Shown in pieces: positions 54,352-64,000 of a stretch of 64,000 bases of DNA. The translations under genes were made by a program, and so were the position numbers. Every line of letters begins with the position of its first letter. The first letter of the stretch is position 1. Under the pieces are notes generated by a model. That model was given only the letters and a program-made list of their open reading frames with translations. It was not told the origin of the DNA and did no database searches. The DNA is from Octopus bimaculoides (lineage: Eukaryota). The DNA lies in assembly GCF_001194135.2 (NCBI RefSeq), contig NC_068981.1, positions 54,348,571 through 54,412,570 on the forward strand, given 5' to 3'.

Positions 54352-55550
54352 TGTGTATATATATATATATACATTTAAATCTTGTGTGCATACTTGCATG
54401 TATACATGTATGATTAACTCATTAGTTCCACAAAGTTCAATACTTGGCTAGCTTCTAGCCTGTTTTCTTAGATACTTCATGCTATTTGAACCAAAAAAAA
54501 TCAACAGACAAGAATGATCTTTTTGCAGTCAGCTTGAACTAATACTTTGTTGAGATGAATGCCTTGACTGATGGCTGGAAAGTGATATTTCAATATTTGA
54601 GCCAATGAAGTTCAAAGCAATACTTTTATCAAGAAAAGGATATCCACTGTACCTTGATTGCATCTTGGGAATTTTCATCTGTCTATGAATAATGAACAGT
54701 GAGTATCAACATAGACAGCAAGCTGATGTGAGTATAATTTCTCCACCATCTCAAACAGAACTAAACAATTTTGCTGTTCTTTGTAGAATAACAAATGAAA
54801 AGTATATAGCAAGAATAACCTGTCTACAAAGATCAAGTTTAAAGTCACATAAATTATGCTTGCCCATTTTGGATGAATGCTTCTTTACATAGTATCCTTA
54901 GCTAATTCAGCTTAAACCACAAGAAAATATTCAGGATCAGTGCTTTTGATAAAGTTATTGCTGCCAAAACAAGCTCACTATTGACATGTTATATCATGGG
55001 AGATAGGGTTCATGGAATAACCGTACTCTATAAATTTATACATAAGCTACAGCCTTGCTGTGAAAGATGTCATTGTGGATCTTCCGTCAAACATACAGTG
55101 GATACAAGCCTTCTGCTCTCAACCTTGTGCATAGGAAAACAGATCCTAAAAGTTAAAATTGTAATCATCTCAACAAGTAATATGTAAATGTCCTTGCTGT
55201 TAGAAAAATGCTGTGAATCACAGATTAACCATTTCTTTTCTTTATTTCTTTTTTTTTTTAGCAGCAAAATGTTCAGTTTGACTGTTATTTATGAATGTAT
55301 GTTTGTGCAAAACTGTATATGCATATGATACTTCCTGACTTGCTTTATATTCTACATACTCCTAATGAAATAATCATTACTTGTTGGATTTACTGAATTT
55401 CAACTACATAGGACTATATACTACGCCCATCAGTATTAGTCTCCTGTGTGGTTTGTAGTCTGGTCCACTAAAGGAGTTTTTTTTATGATTACCACCAGAT
55501 TAGATCAATCCATATATTGTACATTAAATTTATATGCATATGTATGTATC

Positions 55551-55598
<48 letters not shown>

Positions 55599-55634
55599 GT
55601 AATGTGTGTGTGTGTGTGCATATGTATGTACCTG

Positions 55635-55673
<39 letters not shown>

Positions 55674-56334
55674 CACATGTTTGGCACAGATGTAGTTATT
55701 TATGTTTGAGATGCTTACTTCCCAACCATGTCCAGTCCCATCATGTGGCACCTTGAGCAAGTACTTCTATAGCCGTGGGCCCACCAGATCCTTGTCAATG
55801 CATTTGGTTCAAGAAAACTGAAAAACACCTGCAGTATCTATCTATCTATCTATTTATCTATACACGCATGTGTGTGCATGAGCACACTCATGTTTTGACA
55901 TCACAAGATAGTTGTAAACAAGCATTACCATTATATAAGCGACATTGTTCATTTCCAGTCTTCCATAAAACACATGTCTAGCTATAGGAAATATTACTGT
56001 GCTTGGAAACAAGTGAAGGATGGTGGCAAGAAGGGCATCTGGCTGTAGAAAATCTGCAAACATGGAAAAGTGTATGTTAAACCAATGATAATAATAATTA
56101 TTTACATGCATATGCATTTCTGTCCATACATATATGGACAGAAATATGTACGTTTGGTGTGTGTATATTTGCATATACACATGCATGCACGCGCGCACAC
56201 GCACACACACACATACACACACACACACACACACAAATGTGTGCATATGAATATTTTTTAATGAACTGTAGAGGTAAATATAAATGACACTTGAAAAGAA
56301 AATGAGAATCCCAGTTGGAAATCAAGATTATGTC

Positions 56335-56525
56335 TCATAGTTGATCACTTTAGTGCTTTTTTCTTTTTGTTTTTCCTTTATCTGTTTTCTCTCCTCATTC
56401 CTTTCTGTAGAGGAGCATAGGCTCAAAATGTTGAGGACTCAGAGCATTAAACTGATACACTTTGTCGTTCCCTCACCTTCATCTGTCTCTGTCTTTTGTT
56501 TTTTTGTTTCTTGTACAACTTTGAA
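56335..56525 (+). mobile_element. Penelope-like element 3' end, degenerate
   Basis: gaggagcataggctcaaaatg..aaactgataca corresponds to the motif in 29124-29310. Confidence 0.45.
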
Positions 56526-57241
56526 CACACACACACATCCAATATATTTATAAGCACTCTCAATGCAGATATGCCATCTGGATTTACATTATTTGAGAAA
56601 TTATATTTTTATAACACCAGTCAAACAATTACATTATTGAATATATTTATTTTCATCATCCAATAAGCTTTGATAAATTAAAACAGCTTTCTGTGTGTCC
56701 AACTGGATAGAAACAAGTCTTATAAGTTTGAATGTATTGGAAGAATTTAAGGATCATAAATGAAGTTATGTAAAATACATGAAACATATATGTTATTTAT
56801 TTCTTTATTTTTCAGATATTTTATTTCTGTTATTTTATTGATATAATTTTGGTGTACATACATACACGCACACACATATGTTTATGTATATCAAACACAC
56901 TATCACACATGTGTGTTTATGTATGAACTTATATATACATATGTTTCTTATGTGTTTATATTATCTGAGTTACTTTCAACATATATCTGCATTCTGTTAT
57001 CTCTGAAGTATCTAATATAGTCATTGACAAGAGTGGTAGACATATAAGCCCCCACAAATATGTTTATTCTATCTTTTATCTCTTCTAAGACTCTTGTTTT
57101 GTTATTTTAGTTGCATCATACTTATCACATTCACCACTGGACACCTGCATAAACTGGACTTCAAAGAGTATCTGTACATCTGAGATGTTGAAACATAGTG
57201 TAACGCATATATATGCATACATGTATGTATGTATTTGTGTT

Positions 57242-57273
<32 letters not shown>

Positions 57274-57275
<2 letters not shown>

Positions 57276-57887
57276 GGTTGTCATCGACTTACTACCGATC
57301 TCACTTATGACCGATCGACTTTACAATGATTGGCATGCCAGCTCCTGGTAGCAATAATAAATAGTCCAGTTGAAATCTAATGGGTTCAATTTCTTAGAAA
57401 TTAACCTGTCTACAGATGATGTCAGCTAACCAATGATTTCCCTAGGTTTAGTTGTTGTTCACCATTGTGGTTACCCCAAGTGTTGGATGAATATCATGTC
57501 GCGGAGACATCGAAGCAACCTCGCAATTCTTTATAAGGAACTGTTTGAAACTCCAAAATTTTTTACTAATGCCAGTATAATAGTATAATCCTTTCTATTA
57601 TAGGCACAAGGCCTGAAATTTGGGGAAGGGGAAAGGGAATAATTGATTACACCAACCCCAGTGTTTTACTGATACTTAATTTATCGACCCTGAAAGGATG
57701 AAAGGCAAAATCGACCTCAGTATAATAGTATAATACAGACTGCTGTGTATAACTTTTATGTGAGAATGTACCTTAAGAATGTAAAAATATAAAACAAAGC
57801 TATGTAAGCCTTAGGCCAACTTACAACCAAATTGACTTACGACCAGTCAGTTGGAACCAGTTGTGGTCGTAAGTTGATGACAACCTG
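57274..57887. mobile_element. Tigger-type MITE carrying a nested SINE
   Basis: Left taggttgtcatcgacttactacc versus reverse complement of right end caggttgtcatcaacttacgacc (20/23). TA flanks. Subterminal acttacgacc-like repeats at both ends. Confidence 0.88.
57590..57717 (-). mobile_element. 5'-truncated SINE family B with 17-bp target-site duplication
   Basis: cagtataatagtataat at 57573-57589 and 57718-57734. The insert matches 29349-29480 (ttaatttatcgaccc..aaaggcaaa). Confidence 0.85.
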
Positions 57888-57894
57888 TATATAT

Positions 57895-57904
57895 NNNNNN
57901 NNNN
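57895..57904. other. Assembly gap (10 N)
   Basis: Run of N. Confidence 0.97.
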
Positions 57905-58239
57905 GAGTTTCGGATGTTGGGGTAGGAACCCACACCAACATCTCTTCAGTTATCTGGTCATTGAAAGGGATTTTTTACATATATCTGTCATTTAAATGTG
58001 AAAATGTAGAAATGAATTGTTTAGAATGTTGGTTAATGAACAGGATGGCAGCAGAAACAGGACAAAAAGTAAGGTAAACAGTTGGATTGGAAGGCAATCT
58101 ATATGAACCCATGTGTTAAATTGATGTGAATTAGGATAAGCACAATGCACTCTCCCATAGTACATACCTCATGTTGACACCTATACACCAGATTGAACGC
58201 TGTTTTATCTCCAAAGTGAATATTGCAAGTGATATTTAA

Positions 58240-58570
58240 ACAATTAACAGTTCTTTGGCTTTTGCACTTGACGACTGTTGCTTTAAGTATTTTATTTCAA
58301 TTTACACTGATGTAGTGGTAAGAACAACTGGATACGTAACAGTAGTTTTGAATAAAAATATAGAAGTTTTAATCATCCGATGGACAGGTCATAAGGATTA
58401 CAAAAGTACCAATTCTCACTTTGAAACTGACAATTTTGAAAATCTTTTTAGATTACAGAATGCTCCGCTCTCTCATGTATCCATGTTTAAAATTTCAGCG
58501 CGATTGGATGAACAATACTCAAGTTATAAGTGCACAAAAAACAGACAGAACGGGATTTATATATTATATA
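58240..58570 (-). mobile_element. Possible non-autonomous Helitron/DINE-1-like element
   Basis: aaaatttcagcgcgattggatgaac..gttata and the acagacagaacgggatttatatatt terminus resemble non-autonomous Helitron relatives (from memory). aacagt/actgtt inverted pair at the other end. CpGs retained. Confidence 0.4.
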
Positions 58571-58860
58571 TATATATATTATCATCATCATCATCATCAT
58601 CATCGTCATCATCAAGGCAGGGTTGGGGTTAGATATGACTTATTGGAGGAGGATTTTCTGCTACTGAATGCTCTTCCTGTCACGAGCCCTTATTTTTCAA
58701 ATAAGAGTTGCTGACTGGTTCTCACATGCTGAAACTGGCAAGGCTGCTGAACTATTGCACTTGTGTTTAATGGTGAATGAAAATAGCATCACTGTCCTTA
58801 CTAAACAGCATTAATGAAGACACATAGAATCAACTAGCAAACACAGACATACATGTGTGT

Positions 58861-58916
<56 letters not shown>

Positions 58917-59594
58917 CATGCCAATTGATGTGTGTGTGTGTGTACTGTATTAATAACGATCAGTCCAACAAATATTTTTCGTCTGAAGACATGTCAGAGA
59001 CTAAAAAGCAGCTAATTTTTTTCTTACTAATTATTTCTCAACATATCTTTGAACGAAATAAAATACTATTGCTGGACTCATTGTTTGTAATAAAGCATAT
59101 ATTGACACTCAAACTTTATTCTAAGTAGTCTAACCCATATTCCTGTAAACAGCCAATCCCAGGACGTGGACACACAATTGCACTTCTCTAGCATTGATTT
59201 CTCTTAAATTATTTCCATTCCCAATTCATTTACATTGCTCAACCTATCCCAGTCTCTTCTGCAGGATAGTTCTTTGATCCGTTCTAGAAACAATTTTTAA
59301 CTTCACACAGCTGTCCACAATATTTTGCTTTCAGCTGTTATCAAAATTACAAACTTCATTTGATTAATAAAATACTTCTGTTGTTTAAACTGTGAATTTC
59401 ATTCTTATTTTTTTCAACATTTTACAACTTGACAATTCTCTTTAGATTGTAAAATGCACAGATAGACACCTCAGTGGCCTTGCTACGTGTTAGAAATACA
59501 ACATAATCAACAATTTTATGCTTAGCATTTTCTGAAACAAAATCATAGGACAAACACCAGCTGACAGACAAAACTTAACCGAGAGAGACTACTC

Positions 59595-59930
59595 CATCAT
59601 CATCATCATCATATGTCTGTTTTCCATGCTGGCATGCCTTAGATGGTTCAACAGGAGCTGGGAGCCAGAGGATTCTACCAAATTCCAATATCTACTTTGG
59701 CATGGTTTCTGTGGCTGGATGCCCTTTGTAATGCCAACTGCTTTACAAAGTGTACTGGATGTTTTTTACATGGCACCACACCAGTGAGGTTACTAATTAA
59801 CTTGCAAGATAAGACACCCTCAACTGAGGGTGGTGTAGTATTGAGGGAGGTGGCTTTATGCTAGGATATGAGAGCTTAAAATACGATAGAATTACAGGAA
59901 TAGATGTCTTGCTGTATGGGAAGGACTATC
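59595..59930 (-). mobile_element. 5'-truncated RTE-type 3' UTR/tail
   Basis: (CAT)n followed by tgtctgttttccatgctggcatg..ggcatggtttctgtggctggatgccc. Confidence 0.75.
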
Positions 59931-60034
59931 AGTTATATCTACATTATTACAACAGTTTCATTTATGTAGGGCTGCCAAGCCTAGAAATGCAGTCAATAAT
60001 ATTCACACTTGTTACTAAAAGCATACTATATAGT

Positions 60035-60286
60035 CAGTGTGCATCTAGATTAAGACCCGTAGAGGCCTAAAGTACTTAGATTTTGGTGCCCCCATATGTA
60101 ATTCAAAACATAAACAATAATAAACCATGAAATAAATTTTTTCAATCATATAAACCACTTTAAATATAATTTTAGCAAGTTTAGTGATTGCTTTTGTGCC
60201 ATAAGCCATTTACCATTTTTGTGGAGCCCCCTTCTCTCGATGCTTTAATCATGTACTTATTTTGCTTAATAGTTAATCCAGCACTG
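60035..60286. mobile_element. hAT-type MITE, degenerate
   Basis: Right end ttaatccagcactg (reverse complement cagtgctggattaa) versus left cagtg(tgcat)ctagattaa. No clear 8-bp duplication. Confidence 0.5.
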
Positions 60287-61267
60287 CCTGTATGGGAGAA
60301 ACAAACCCAATGTACTCTGTATGGTTTATGGGAAATGTGAAAAGAAATTACCCTGAAGAATTCCAAGAAACTTCTGCACAAAATGATAATGGTTCTAAAT
60401 GTAAAATATGTATAAAATTGGATAGTCATTTCATATTACTGTCCATGTTACTCTTCTTCAGTGTTAAATATGGTGGTGATTGCCATATAAAGATATGCAC
60501 ATGTGTATATAAGAAGGGGCAGATGTATGTATTTGTACATAAATATTTGTCTGAGTGTCATTGCATATAAGAGTATATTGATTTATATATGTATATAAGT
60601 GTGTGTATGTTTGAGTAAACAATGATACATATAGTATAAATAGATATATAGATCTATCTATTTGTGTGTGTGTGTGTGATGGTGTATATTTTAATTATAA
60701 ATGCATTTGTGATGTTGATAATAAGAAAAATCAATGTAAGGAATTTAGCAGAGTTTATCTATGGAGGTGTACACTATAAATATTATTGATGTGTGGAAGT
60801 TATGAACCATTTATCATTTTTCATTTTATTTATTTATTGATCAAGATGTGATATGAGATAAATAAACTTAAATAGGTCGTGAGAACCTATTTTTAAGGGG
60901 TCAAATAAGATAGAAGTTGAATGTTATTTGTTGAATCTGTATTTCTTAAGTTTTATTTGTTCAAAATTTCCAAATTTAGACCCTGAATACAAAATATTTT
61001 TGAAAATGTGTCAATAAGTTGATTTGAATATCCAAAAGATTTATGAGGTTTTTTTTTACTTTCCTTTTTAAAGATATCAGTGCAGGCATAGCTGTATGGT
61101 TAAGAAGCTCAGTTTACAACCACATATAGATGTGGTTTGGGGTTCAGTCCCAGTGTGTGGTACCTCAAGCATCTTCTACTATAACCCCAGGTTGGCAATG
61201 CCTTGTGACTGAATTTGATCAACAGAAATTGTATAGAAGTTAATTGTATGTATATATATATATATAT

Positions 61268-61620
61268 GGGAGAATTTACGAAAAAAGCAACAAACGAAGA
61301 CAGGTGGTGTAAACAACAAATGGATGTATTAGTTTAATGCTCGGGAACAGAGAAAGTCTTTGACGTTTCGAGCTACGCTCTTCAACTGAAAGGAACACAG
61401 AAAGAAATAAGGAGAGAAACAAGGAGAAAAAATATATATAAATGTAGTGGTCAGCGATCTATCATGGTGAATGCCGGACAGAAGGTTCACACAGGAGAGC
61501 TAAGAAAAAGGGGAGATAACAAAGGGGAAAGAAGTGGTGAACCCAAAGACGAGAAGCTGTGTATGTGTGAGAGAATGCTGGTGATCTTAACCTATGTAGG
61601 TGTGAAAAAGTGGGGAAGGG
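61268..61620 (-). mobile_element. Penelope-like element 3' region
   Basis: Reverse complement of 29124-29310 (gacgtttcgagctacgctcttc; tgtagtggtcagcgatctatcatgg). Confidence 0.55.
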
Positions 61621-61733
61621 AGTTGGTCAGTGCTAGTGTGTGTGTGGTGGTGTGTTGTGAAGTGATGTGTTGTGTGATATGGTGTAGCGTGGTGTGATGT
61701 GAGTGTTGGGAGTTGGGAGGTAGCGAAGGCGGG

Positions 61734-62302
61734 GGAGGGAACCTGTGGTAGAAGTAGGCCCAGGAAGACATGGGACAAAGTGGTGAAGCATGATCTTCAA
61801 ACTTTGAGCCTCACAGAGGCAATGACTAGTGACCAAGACCTTTGGCAATATGCCGTGCTTGAAAAGACCCATCAAGCCAAGTGAAATTGTAGTCATGGCT
61901 GATGCTGGTGTCACATTACTGGCACCTGTACTGGTGGCACATAAAGAGCACCTTTCTAGCATTGGGTAAAGTGGCTTAGTTCCTTTTGAGTGCTGGGCTT
62001 CAGAGAGGCAAAGTGGCTGAGTTCCTTTCAAGTGTTAAGTATCACGGAGGCAATGACCAAGACCTTCGGCATTATGTCATGCTGAGCAAAATTGCAGTTG
62101 TAGCAGATACTGGTGTCTCGCAAATGGCACCTGTGCCAGTGGCATGTAAAAGAGTGGTTGGTGTTAGGGAGGGCATCCATCCATAGAAAACCATGCCAAG
62201 TCAGACTGGAGTCTGGTGCAGCCTTCCAGCTTACCAACTCTGGTCAAACCATCCAAACCATGCCAGCATGGACAACGGACAATAAATGATGATGATGATG
62301 AT
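61734..62302 (+). mobile_element. 5'-truncated RTE LINE 3' end with full tail
   Basis: EGTCGRSRPRKTWDKVVKHDLQTLSLTEAMTSDQDLWQYAVLEKTHQAK*, a partial repeat at ~62040-62100, and terminal ccatgccagcatggacaacggacaataaa(tga)n. Confidence 0.88.
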
Positions 62303-63179
62303 AATATGTATGTGTTTGTGTCTTTGTGTTGGTCTCTATCACCACTTGACAACTAGTGTTTGTTTACAGCCCTGTAACCTTGTGGTTTGGCAAAAGAAAC
62401 CAATAGAATAAGTGCCAGACCTTAAAATAATGAATGCCATGACTAAACCCTTTATGGTGGTGCTCTAACATGGCTGCAGTCCAATGACTGAAATAAAAGG
62501 TAAAAACTTAGACCCCCAAATTCAAAATTTTCATTTTCTTTTAACAAGAAAACCCATTCTTATGAAATGTTTTGTCTCATCATAGGGAATATAAAATAAT
62601 AAATATACACATTGGTCTATACAAGTGTGTGAGAGAGAGAGAGAGAGTTTGAAATTGTTCAAAATGCTGACAGAAGTTTGCTGTCATTGTTCCAAGAAGA
62701 AAGAGCCTTAAAAATGTTACTGAGATGTTGAATGAGAAGAATGTATGGAAGAGTGTAGGACTACCCAAAGCAGACATACTCTAGTTACTTGCATTGTGAA
62801 TCAAGATAAAATAACTTCAATTAAAATACTCTACCCTTAGGCCTTATCACGTCCTTTGTTCAACTTGCAGATCTGTTTGTCTCCATGTCCTTATAAAAGA
62901 AAAATCTTTCCAATTATTAAATCTTTTAATATCAACACACCTGTGGCTGCTCATATTCATGCATTCATATTTATTATATCAATCAAAATTTCATAAAATG
63001 AACGCTAAGGTAGAACTTCAGTTGGCAAACCAGTGTAATATATGAAATTATAAATTACAGATATTTTACAAAAAATCCACTCAAAAAACTAGATTGAAAA
63101 TGTAACACAAAGGCAATCTACTTATGAGAAATATATTTTAGAAAAAAATGATTTATGAATTACTCAGAAATGTATTATA

Positions 63180-63660
63180 GGTACACAATTGATTTTCTGG
63201 CAACTTTAATCCAGATAAGTTTTGATGAGGGACTTGAAATTCCTGTGGCCACCAGTCTAGTTCACTGTGCTACCACTAGTGACATTGAGTGTACTATGTG
63301 TTTATATGCATTATTTACACTGCACTTGTTAGTGGCAATAGCAAAATTTCGAGAAATCTTCTGCTTATTTAGCTTAAAGTTACTCTTAACTATGGCTACT
63401 CCAGGTAAGAGAACTGAGAGCATCAGTAATAGTGTCAAATGTGAATACCAATCTATATTGATCCAAAAGTAGAACGCTTGAAAAAAAAAGTGGGGGACCC
63501 TGGTGTTGTGGTATGTAAGCTGTGTGATATCTATGGCATTAGCTCATCTATTGTTTATAATGTAAAGAAGCAAAGGAACAAAATTTTAAAGCTTTATATG
63601 ACTAGAGATGGTCCAGCAAAATTGTTGATCTGTCAAGGCTTTGGAACTAAGGATCCCAGA
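63180..63660 (+). mobile_element. pogo/Tigger-type element left end with degenerate transposase N-terminus (psq-type HTH)
   Basis: MATPGKRT..SILIQK* then GVVVCKLCDIYGISSSIVYNVKKQRNKILKLY, resembling Tigger/JRKL N-termini (GVSVKRLTEEYGVG.TTIYDLKKQKDKLLKFY, recalled). Confidence 0.7.
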
Positions 63661-64000
63661 AAGTCAATGATGTACCTATATATATAATAAATAAATGAGT
63701 AAATAAATAACTAAGAAAGAAAAGTAGTTAGTAGGAAATAAGACTGGTTAGAAAAATGGTAAAAAAAATTTGAAAGAGTAGGATGTAGTAAAGTTGTTAG
63801 TAAATTAATATTTATTTGAATATTGCGTAAATTATGTTTTGGAGCAGGATTGCTGCACGAGAACTAGAGAGCCGGTTCTTTTAATAAGAGAGTAAGTACA
63901 ATATTAGGTTGGCAAAAAGAGTAAGACAGAGAAATATGAAAAAAAAAATGGATAAACATAATTTTTTCTTTATGAATGTTATATCTTCTAGTTGATATCA

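Noticed and set aside
14100-63660. Tigger C-terminal (14.1 kb) and N-terminal (63.2 kb) fragments as one large element
   Set aside because: Both are on the + strand, but the right end lies upstream of the left end, so they are separate copies.

Overview
AT-rich, microsatellite- and transposon-dense eukaryotic DNA. The repeat complement resembles coleoid cephalopods, most likely Octopus (recognised from memory, not searched): tRNA-headed SINEs of several families, RTE-clade LINE 3' ends with (GAT)n tails, mariner and pogo/Tigger elements, TTAA piggyBac-type MITEs, Penelope-like ends, and five assembly gaps. I cannot support any host protein-coding gene, rRNA, tRNA gene or CRISPR array. The ORF-track hits I could assign are microsatellite read-throughs or transposon remnants; the rest match nothing I recognise. 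The window looks like a long intron or intergenic region. I did not find a convincing new biological system. Best-supported structural leads: (1) a fold-back mariner with ~250-280 bp inverted arms nested in a SINE, next to an inverted SINE pair, forming a ~1.8 kb potential dsRNA cassette; (2) a C-terminally deleted mariner with perfect 24-bp TIRs; (3) systematic CpG decay between repeat copies, suggesting germline methylation. Weaker leads: + strand AG|GT ratchet-like sites, a phase-compatible chain of - strand candidate exons, and a tyrosine-recombinase-like motif in a 125-codon ORF. Coordinates of old repeats are approximate.
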